A stretch of DNA of 64,000 nucleotides, taken from NCBI GenBank assembly GCA_037139515.1, contig JBAXGH010000002.1, forward strand, positions 17,727-81,726, in the 5' to 3' direction. This DNA comes from a bacterium (GTDB lineage: Bacteria > Patescibacteriota > Patescibacteriia > JBAXGH01). The notes beneath the pieces were generated by a model, which saw only the letters and a list, made by a program, of their open reading frames with translations, had not been told where the DNA came from and made no database searches. Position 1 is the stretch's first letter, and the number at the start of each line of letters is the position of its first letter. A program made the translations under genes and the position numbers. Positions 22,801 through 30,100 of this stretch are shown here, piece by piece.

Positions 22801-24046
22801 AGCCAGTATCGGACTGAACAATCTGCGCCAAAACTTCGGTATTATTATTCGACCCATCATTGGCCTGAGTAACAGAAAGCACGGGTGTTAAACGATTCCC
22901 TGCCGTAAGCGACGAAATTATTGATAAAGTTTGATTATGAACGCCATCAAACGAGTCAGAAACGTCCGAACGCAGGAATGCGGTCGAATCAAGGCTGTCG
23001 AGCGAATCCACGTTCAGATTTGAAACCTTGGTTGTTGAGGCGACGACGAATGGCGCCGAACCGGTCGCCTGAGTAGAAGTAAGTTGACCCGACATGCCGA
23101 GCGTCGTGATGCCGGAGAGCGCACCGGTGTTTGAAACGTCAAGGCCTGATGAGTTAATCGAGAAAGTATCGTCGTTGGCATTGCCGATCGTGATGGTTTT
23201 AGCCGCAATTCCCGTGCCGACATCAATCGTTTGCGCGCCGGTGCCACCAAGAGAAATCGTGCCGGTTGATGTTCCGGTACCAATATTAATCGCGAAATCA
23301 GAGTCATTATTTAAACTCACAATTGCCCCGGAAACCGTGAGACCCAGGCTTCCGGTCAAAAGACCGGCTGAGCTGACAGTTCCCGTGCCGGTTGCAGAAA
23401 TATTTCCGGTGGTTGTGATATTACCCGTCAAAGTCAAAACTCCGGCATTTGTAACCGGCACAAAATCCCCCGCTCCACCCGCTTGAGAAGTATTAAAACC
23501 ATCTAAAAGCGAAGCATTTCCGGCCTGAAGCGCAGTCGCCGAAGAAGCCATTTTTCGTCGCGGAGAAAGCGTTTCGCCGTTGACTGTGATTTCGAGCCAA
23601 CGCGAACTTGCGGTATTGAAAAGCGAATCTGGAAGCGCGTTCTGCGGAGCCGCGCCAAGTAGCACGTTGAATAATCCATCGGTCACAGAAACCGAAATAG
23701 CTGTACTTGGAAGATTGCCCGGGCAATCTACGGCTTGCGAAAAAGTCGTATCAACACCATCACCCGCATCATCACCGGCGCTCCACAAGCAGTTGCCGGC
23801 TGCTACCGCATCAAAAATAGCAAACTTTACATTTTGAGATCCATCAGCAACGGTAACTTTTTGCGCATCAGTCAAACGACCCTGATAAGAAAGAATTTGT
23901 GGGGTATCTAAAGTAGCGTGAGTTGCAGCCGGTAAAAATACCGCAAGCGAGGTAAATACAAGCACACCAGCCGCAACAGCTCTTGCGCCGGGATGCAATA
24001 ATAAAGATGAAATTGTATTTCTACCTCCGAGCATGGATATAGGCAC
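13820..24046 (-). CDS. Giant surface protein B (3408 aa): signal anchor, shared N-terminal module, 4 tandem ~235 aa repeats, Gly-rich beta-solenoid-like region, shared C-terminal ~650 aa module, Pro/Thr-rich tail
   Basis: Single open frame of 10.2 kb. N-terminal hydrophobic segment. LGLTVTGAxVSLN...GSAPFVVASTTKVSNLNVD is repeated 4 times. The N-terminus (LDTPQILSYQGRLTDAQKVTV...) and C-terminal ~650 aa are paralogous to the gene at 24147-31562. The C-terminus is PAPVIxEPV low complexity. Confidence 0.85.
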   Translation of the reverse strand: MPISMLGGRNTISSLLLHPGARAVAAGVLVFTSLAVFLPAATHATLDTPQILSYQGRLTDAQKVTVADGSQNVKFAIFDAVAAGNCLWSAGDDAGDGVDTTFSQAVDCPGNLPSTAISVSVTDGLFNVLLGAAPQNALPDSLFNTASSRWLEITVNGETLSPRRKMASSATALQAGNASLLDGFNTSQAGGAGDFVPVTNAGVLTLTGNITTTGNISATGTGTVSSAGLLTGSLGLTVSGAIVSLNNDSDFAINIGTGTSTGTISLGGTGAQTIDVGTGIAAKTITIGNANDDTFSINSSGLDVSNTGALSGITTLGMSGQLTSTQATGSAPFVVASTTKVSNLNVDSLDSLDSTAFLRSDVSDSFDGVHNQTLSIISSLTAGNRLTPVLSVTQANDGSNNNTEVLAQIVQSDTGSSAHALQITQAGSGSALDIISGSLTSAGAITTTNNISTTGAGTITSAGLLSGNLGLTVTGAVVSLNASSDFGVNIATGTSTGTITLGGTGTQAIDIGTGVAAKTITIGNGVNDPTAINSSTLAIASNGISSWNNAGGNLTIQTLTSGTMALDSVGALNLGTVAATSVSVSRSGITTTVNGALTSSQLLTGNLGLTVTGAAVSLNDSSDFGVSLAGGTSTGTITLGGSMGQTIDIGTGVASKIITIGNANDDFFAINSSGLDVTSAGALSGITTLGMSGQLTSTLATGSAPFVVASTTKVSNLNVDTFDDLDSASFLRSDASDSFDGLNSKTLSLLSTLTAGNRTAAVLSVSQANDAANNNTGVLAEIIQLDTASSAHALQITQSGSGSALNIISGSLTSAGVITTSNNISSTGSGTITSAGLLTGNLGLNVTGATVNLNASSDFGVNIATGTSSGSITLGGTGAQAIDIGANIGTKVIRIGNANDDSFQLDSSGLDVSSGGALSGITTLGMSGQLTSTLATGSAPFVVASTTKVSNLNVDTFDDLDSASFLRSDVSDSFDGAHDKTLEILATVLGGARSEPVLSVQEDSSHANLSTGTLVQIALSNNESSAHALQISNAGIGSAIDIVSGSLTSAGAITTTGNISSTGSGTITSAGLLSGTVGVSVGASQSYSGTGAVTLSSGGTNTTLTLNSATTGNIEIGNDGSAEAINIGSGSAVKTIGIGNGNAGNTINIGTNNAATDFINIGSALDQVTINASSLIYGSDMYFRNGADRTIGITTANPDVAGNQLTVRPGNGNGNSAGGNLVLNGGTSGSDSGNAGNVEVTGGLGISATSNGGDIVLLGGNGSGTGVNGVVRIGSPTIGSTRATNLLAIGGGLEVDGDARLDGNLALATTTSSSVGVVTVGGSRFLHDYGANIFLGSGAGNFTASGTDNIAVGNSAFALLTSGSNNASLGGNAMLALTSGDRNTATGAYALNALDVGIDNAAFGYNALLVNDAGGGNTGIGSYALQSNTSGEFNSGLGSYSLVNTTGDNNTGVGYSTGLTNTTGSRNTFVGVGADVASSGLMNASAIGYQAQVGCGNCMVLGSVNGFNGAVVSTNVGIGDTTPAAMLTVGDGDLFQVTSAGLISTTPSSDAVALTLTGTNVSSANLLYLNSKNTSGTIQNIAYGTATTLSGSLVGSALDLKTGVTNVTQSVSGMVLTLPGATTATGTEAIKGISIESPGAVASVSGTPTWTGLDLTMPDITQAGGVLTSTGIKITGGTVTSGTSYALIADSAAGNVGIGTTTPTANLAVKGSVATGGNGTIETGASISDIGGTTDANATTFIFGSSTTFSTSLVVGDEISFSSAPATYAVVTAIYGDTMLATDIALGDGSTQTINVRHPYNVVTGSGTAFLTEIRPGDVMTIVSFLAPSETVVRVVTDTLAVVGGYFEGPYTPLFPGAMFTVRRPIMNIADVDATAHLVVHGDGTLRVGTSEPVSASKNIMSISSDVSFGNGDYASLMLNSSLSYSSANGNTFSGIDSNISSGGGGVGQPVMSMIGMDARPYRTSGSGGSVVGVRATPYVIGGAGPSDMIGVEAGEMTASGGGYISNATGVYIRQQTIGQSSNVGIAIESAQGTGAKTVWVSSRDDITSAEGGIFFGASADTNLYRSAVSTLKTDGALIVAPPARTGLSPSILTVTGAADTALTASAEATDINFNLARTVQFATGAITNQRAMRIQAPTYAFVGASTITNAATLSISGAPVAGTNATITNSAALVVESGNVGIGTSSPSAKLVVVPGALTGDPAVIIDSPDFVSMRLDRGAVSDDAAIRFATAGSDEWLVGTGRNGSNADFSFFNSGVNQLLITDGTGRVSIGGVASPGSKLVVKSSSTTSATSALNVTDSADTSLFFVRDDGTVSVGSSSSPVVGSRLAVNGSGMVHGTVAEYVLSSTKYKKLGMGVLNVGTPAGAIPGFGLEIGTRNAAITLDQLGTGDLNFSVNSSGAGNYVDSDIKMTILPSGNVGIGTTAPSQLFSVGTGATSNFTVTSAGNTVVAGSLNANGNTVIGNATADELTVTATILDDLNLLQMSNHTIGNINGGNGLLTIKGGNSTSSSYNGDAVTLKAGNGYAGSGSVGTNGGAFTVTLGAGGDGANSGATLIPGYAGGNGSAFVITAAAGGKGGDMTQPGGGGTPGAGGNGSVIQINGASGGAGGATTTSNNGANGGAGSMIQIVGGNGGNATGITGGTGGNGGNGGTVTIAGGVKGTGGGFGGSDGAIGDITFKTSGTGGTTRLNINGNAGTVSVALGSTASTTAVCSSLGNTTSPTATSVYELRDCSSTPAADYAEQYPVAAGIASGDIVSIGADDVTTIDGDTIKQLVKSSSTYESKLFGIVSDPTKAGDFNSIGYNIDTADNPMPIALVGRVIVKVNDENGPIAVGDAITSSSAAGVGMKSTKPGMIIGRALSAFAGPGAGTIMVFAKAEYFIGATLTSDGVLTYLGDSVTTRAKNTATALVPGYDSEYINFAGSGWDGSAALATSFKISNVTTNASTSKLAIANTAGAEVFSVNQSGDVSIAGKLYLSDKGSTQNSKYIYYDSDASPSDYMRTNAAGWATGSYDFAELFPTKDETLGAGEVVAIDPLYNEHVKRATSSEQNLLLGIISTRPGFLAGEWDKTEKKVPVALAGRVPTKVTVENGPIAIGDALTVSPTRPGFATKATSSATKTIGYALSATSVEGLVIVYVKTENAVPINIATEVAAPQNQGLQIYQDIDFRGFSITNIKAIRGQNWSIDEAGALAVKTTKTGGLIITKTQEAATLDSVIFPIGVDTVVITNPSAHENSEIFLSWQGNPGSVSWVQDKHEGSFSVKLASPTLTGVKLSYWIVDLVDERPIVADPAPVIASEPVQNNTTTLTAPAESTVSTVPAETTTPTAPAEVIVSDPAVVVPPPVVEPTPVVVEPVIEPVVAPAAPAVEPVITPVIEPAPLEPAPTLEEVPAPPADPSSAPEPAESTPTP
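20820..23365 (-). repeat. Four tandem in-frame coding repeats (~700 bp unit) inside giant gene B
   Basis: Protein repeats start near aa 229, 464, 602 and 837. Near-identical plus-strand shadow ORFs recur at 20565, 21270, 22530 and 23094. Confidence 0.7.
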
Positions 24047-24146
24047 TCTGCGCCATTAGGAATTATATCACATACCGCCCTCTGCTTTATTGTTAATAAA
24101 AAATCAAAACGCCGCTTTGTGCGACGCTTTGATTCGTCTAAATTAA

Positions 24147-27100
24147 TTAAGTTGTTGGGGTACCGGAAAGATCAGCAACCGGAGCCACTAACCCACCATC
24201 GGTAGCTGGCACGGGTTCGACGGCTGGGGCTGGATCGCTGATTGGAGCTGGGGCTGGTTCTGGCGCAGGATCAGCTACCGGATCTGGTGCTGGTACCGGA
24301 TTAGGCACAGGATCGGTTACCGGAACTGGATCCGGTACCGCTGCTGGAGCTACTGGTTCGATCACCGCGGCTGGTTCTGTAGGCGTTGTTGTGGTAGCTG
24401 GCGCGGTTGGGACGGTTGATTCAGCGGGTACGGTTGGGGTCGTAGTTGGAGCTACCGGACCATTCGCAACCGGGTTTTGCGCGGTCACCGGACGAGTATC
24501 GTTCACATTAATAATCCAATACTCGAAACGAAGTTGCATCACAGCTGGACTGCTCAACCTGATTTCGAAGGACCCTTCAGCCTGATTATTAACCCAATAT
24601 CTAGCACCCGGGTCGCCACGGAAAGTTAAGAAGATGCGTGAATTTTCGTGGACAGATGCGTTTGTAATAACAACCATGTCTGAGTTCGCCGGGAAGTAGG
24701 CGGTGTCGATAGTCGCTTTCTCTTCGTTCACCTGAACTATATATTCATTGGACGAAACCGACTTAACCACGAGTGCGCCGTTTTCATCAATAGACCAGTT
24801 CTGACCGCGGATTGCTTTGATATTCGTAATCGAGAAGCCCCTGAAATCAACATCTTGGTAGATCTGGAAATTCTGAGTTTGTTGCGAGGTTGATTCGGTG
24901 GCTAAGTTAGTTGGGACGGCGTTTTCGGTTTTGACGTAGACGATGATGGAGGCATCAACCAGGGTGGCTTCGAGCGCATAGCCAATATTTTTTCTGGTCG
25001 AGGCTGTGGCTTTGGTGGCAAAGCCTGGGCGGGTCGGAGAAACCGTGAGGGCATCACCGACTGCGATTGGACCATTCTCAACCGTCACTTTAGTTGGAAC
25101 ACGACCAGCGAGAGCGACCGGGACCTTCTTTGAAGCCTTATCCCACTCACCCGCTAGGAAGCCAGGGCGAGTTGAGATGATACCGAGAAGGAGGTTAGGC
25201 GCCGAAGAGTCGGCTCGCTTCACGTGTTCTGGGTATAACGGATCGATTGCGACGACTTCACCGGCTCCGAGGGTTTCATCTTTGGTTGGGAAGAGTTCAG
25301 CAAAATCATAGGAACCGGTCGCCCAGCCGGCGGCATTGGTTCGCATGTAATCTGACGGCGACATGTCGGAGTCGTAGTAAATATACTTCGAAGTTTGTGC
25401 GACGCCTTTGTCGGATGGGAAGAGCTTGCCGGTAATCACGACATCACCGGATTGATTGACGCTAAAGACTTCAGCTCCAGCCGTGTTCGCAATCGCTAAT
25501 CTAGATGTTGCGGAATTGGTGGTGATATTCGAAAGCTTGAAATTCGTGGCTTGTGCAGCCGCACCATCCCAGCCGGAGCCGGTGAACGAGATCGCTTGGG
25601 AGTCATAACCTTCAACAAGCGCGGTTGCGGTGTTCTTGGCTTTTACGATTACGGAATCATTCAAATACGTAAGCGTGCCGTCGGTTGTGAGGGTGGCTCC
25701 GAGATAGTATTCAGTCTTAACAAAGACCATGACTGTGCCGGCGCCTGGACCCGCAAAGGCGGAAAGTGCGCGGCCAACAATCATGCCCGACTTTGTGGAT
25801 TTCATGCCTTCGCCGGCGGTTGAACTTGAAGTAATCGGGTCACCGACTGCGATCGAACCATTTTCGTCATTAACTTTAACTTTTACGCGACCAACGAGCG
25901 CGACTGGGAGCGGATTATCGGCCGGATTGATGTTGTAGCCGATAGAGTTAAAATCACCAGCCGTGGCAGGATCGGAAATGACGCCAATAAGTTTGGCTTC
26001 GTATGGAGCTGAAGATTTGATGAGCTCCTTAATTGTGTCACCTTGAGTCGTGGTGACGTCGGTTGTGCCAATCATGACTATGTCCCCCATCGCAGCACCG
26101 ACTTCGACCGGATACTGTTCGGCGTAGTCAGCCATTGGACCACCATTACAATCTTTGATTTCATCAATACCGGCTCCATTGGTATCGTGACAAAGTGCGT
26201 ACGGTCCAGTAATGCCAGTCGCAACAATCAAACTGACTGTGACGCGGCTATTGATGGCGACGGCCGGTTGGTTCATGCCAGCATAGCCTATGGTAATCGC
26301 TTTTGTATGAGAAGTTCCAATATTCACATCTCCATCATTTGCTGAAACGCCTGAACCGCCTAAGACGCTAATATTTCCTCCGGTTTCACCTGGAGATCCT
26401 CCGTTGCCGCCACGAAGCGTAACAGCTCCGCCGGTCGCACCGGTTCCACCATAAAGATTAACCGCTCCGCCGGAGCCATCGTTCGAGGCGCCACCAGCCA
26501 GGTTCAAAGCGCCTGCTGTGCCGAAGGCATTCGTTGTATTTCCGGAAGTAATCGTGAGATCTCTTCCATCAGTGGCAGTTGCACTCTCTATTGAAATATT
26601 GTGATTCGCGTTCTTGCCAAAAACTATTTCTCCCGCAGCATCAACTGAGAGCAGCCTGGCAGCAAAACTGTTCTGAAGCTCCATTAAATTTCCAGTTTGC
26701 GAAGCAGCACCGGTAAGCACAATACCCTTGTTTGCGGCGACCGAAACTTCAATGTCGAGCTCACCATCAGGTGTGCTGTCGGCTGGATAACCAATACTCA
26801 TGCCTCCGCCAGAAGCCTGGTTTTTTATCTTGAGACGACGCTGTTTCCCTAGTTCATCGATGTAATAATAATCATCAGTAGAGTCGTAGGCCATGACCCA
26901 GTCATTCGAATCAGTAGAATTGTGGAGGCGGACGTTGCCATCCTGAACAGTGAGCTTATCTCCCATAGGAGCCGTACCGATGCCTACGCGACCGGTCTGA
27001 TCGATCGTAAATTGGGAGTTAGCTGCTCCACCATAAATACTTACCGGACCAGTTACGTTCATACCGCGTCCAACCTGCATACCACCACGAATATCTAAAT

Positions 27101-30100
27101 CATTACCAACCTGAACGTTAGAACGCGTAGTGAGAGTTCCAGTTTCTATGCCACCCGCTTCGAGTTGTTGGATATAGGCACCACCCATATCAAAAACTTG
27201 GAGCGTAGCCGAGCTATAGTTAATTACGTAAGCATAGCGACCTTGGACATAGACGCTGTATGGATTAGTACCTGTGGTGACAGAGCCAACACTCGTTGGG
27301 CTACCCGGAGTTGAAACATCGAAGACTTGAAGTGAATTAGGAGAGACCCAATTGGTTAGATAGACATAGCGACCTTGGACAAATATTCCGGTAGAAACTG
27401 CTGCGGTGGCGATTGAACCGGCTGAAGATGGGCTTGCGGGATTTGAAATATCGAATATACGGAGCGTGGCGTCGGTAAAATCAGTTTCGTAGGCATATCG
27501 ACCCTGAACATAAAGGCCATATGGATTGATTCCTGAAGCAACTGAGTTGATGAACGTTGGGCTCGCAGGGTTCGAGACATCGTATATTTTTAAACTGCCA
27601 CTCATCGCCACATAAGCATAGCGACCTTGGACAGATACAACTCTAGGGAGAGATCCAGTTGCGACCGAGCCTACAACTACCGGACTCACAGGATTTGAGA
27701 CATCGAAGACCTGGAGAGTTCCGGCATCGCTATTAACTACGTAAGCATAACGGCCCTGAACATAAACGCTTTCCGGCGAGCTACCGGTTGCGACCGAGCT
27801 AATGGCTGACGGACTAGCTGGATTTGAAACATCAAAAATTTGAAGAGTCGCCGCGGTATTACTGACCACGTAAGCATAGAGACCCTGAACGTAAACACTG
27901 GACGGATTATTGTTGGCTGAAACCGAACCGATAGCCGCCGGACTCGCCGAATTGGACACGTCAAAAATTCGGAGGGTGTCAGAAGCCCCGGCGACGACCA
28001 CATAAGCATAGCGTCCCTGAACGTATACTCCGGTTGGGGTGGTGCCGGTGCTAATAGAGCCGGCGGCAGCGGACGGTACTTTGCCGGCTGCATGAAGTTG
28101 AGAAATTGGAGTTGCCGTGCCGATGCCGACATCGCCATTGCCAAGCACGGTTACGAAAGTTCCGCCAGAATCACCAATTTGAAGTACCTCATCGGTGGCG
28201 CCTAGATTGGTGGCAGTCGTGAAATTGAAGGCTGAACTGGTGGTGTTGCCGGATGGGAAATCTGAAGTTAGATTGATTTGACCGCCGGTCGCGGAGCCGT
28301 TTCTGGTTGTCGTAAGATTCAAAGCTCCGGCGCCGGTTGTGCCGATGAATTTTAATTCCGCCAGAACATCATTGGTTCCCCCACCTATCGCGGTGGTCGT
28401 GGAATACATCTTCAAACTTGCCGGACCGAGGTATAATTCGCGCCAACGTTTGGCCGCCGAACCCAAATCATAGGCTATATCAGTCGCCGGCGTTAAATCA
28501 CCAGTAAAAGAAACTGCGTCTGAGAAAACGAAACTCGCACCGGCTCCGGTGGCGTCAAAGGTAGTGGCACCGTTCGAGGCGGCACCCATCGTGGTGTAAT
28601 TTGAACCATCATATGCCATCCGTAACTGCGGCGAAGATGTGCTTAAGACCTCAAGTCGGCTATTTGGCGAGCTAGTCCCGATGCCAACATTCCCCGTCGA
28701 ATCAATGCGAACCTTTTCAGAGAGCGCGGCACCGGCGGCGCGAGTGATGAAGCGGAAAGAGCTATCCTCGCTTCCTTCGGTGGCGTCATCCAAAACCACA
28801 TTAAACTGCGCCACAGCGTTATTATTTCCATTTGCGTTTTCAATATAATAATCCGTTCCAAATCCGAGTCCATTTCCACCCACGGTAGCTGAATTCGTAA
28901 TCTCAAATCTTTGAGCTGCGCTAACTGCGTCGCTTGAGGCTGTAGCCGCTATCGTGAAAAGATGCGATGGAGCCGTGGTGCCGATGCCAATATTGCCATC
29001 CTTATCGATACTCATCTTTACTCCCGCGGTGGTTCCGTTCGCGGTCACAAAATCCATGCGCGCAGGAACATCAGCGCCAACAGCACCGGTCTGAACAACC
29101 TGAATCAAGCCTCCATTCAAGAATCCGGAGCCATCATTTCCCTGGAATCTGAATTGACCCAAGATATTGCCGTCCACCGTGGCGACATTGGTCGCTGAAG
29201 CGGAGTTAGATTTTTGCAAGTCGATACTTGAATAAAGAGATGCATTATCGTAAGTCGTGATGGCGGTGGTACCGTTTTCGGCGATTGTTTGGACTTGGAG
29301 TTTTGATGAAGGAGTCGTGGTGCCGATGCCGATGTTGCCGCTTACTATCAGACCATTAGCCGGAGCGGCGCTTGTGGCGGCGTAACTTCCGATTGCTACC
29401 CCTCCGTTTACATCGAGCCTGGACAATGGGGCGCCTGTGCCGATGCCGACGTTGCCGTTTTCAAGAATGCGCATTTTTTCAGATCCGGCGGTATTGAAAA
29501 TAACATCATCAGCGCCGGCGGTAGTGGTCGCGCTCAAAGTTAGCGCGCCAGTCGATTGCAGAGTGAAAGCACCATTCGCGACTGTCGACGATTCACCATA
29601 AGTAGTAGCTGCAAGAATGCCACCAGTTCCAGAGGTGAAGGAATTCGCGTAGACACTATCTTGGGCGGCAAAATCACCGTTCACGAAAGCATCATTGCCA
29701 TCCGGCACAAAACTCGCGTGGACACCAACGGGAACAGTGGTAACACCACCGGTCCAGAAATTTCCGGTTGAATCAAAGCGGCCACGCTCGACATTGTTGG
29801 TTTCAAAAGTCAGAGCAAAAGCATCATTTGTGCCAAGAATTGCATCGGCCGGGCCAAAGCTGTTTCCGCCCTGGATGAAAGCAAAACCCGAAACATCGCT
29901 CGACTGAATCGCGTTTGAGACAAAGTTAGTACCATCGCCACGGAGAAAATTGCCGGCAGTTGCGGCGTTCGCAATTCTAAAACCAGTCGCGGAATTAATA
30001 ATGCCGTTTACATCAAGCAAAGTTCCGGCCCCCGGCGCCGCGGTGCCGATACCAACTTGGCCAGTGGTTGTAATGCGCATCTTTTCGCTTTGACTCGCGG

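Noticed and set aside
13806-24046. Dozens of 60-200 aa ORFs on the plus strand inside the two giant genes (e.g. 13806-14150 Gly/Thr-rich, 18653-19249, 20565-20969, 21270-21656, 23094-23486, 27737-28144)
   Set aside because: These are antisense shadows of long, repeat-rich, stop-poor reading frames. Several are themselves repeated because the sense strand is repeated. None has an RBS, and all are fully nested in a continuous 7-10 kb minus-strand frame.
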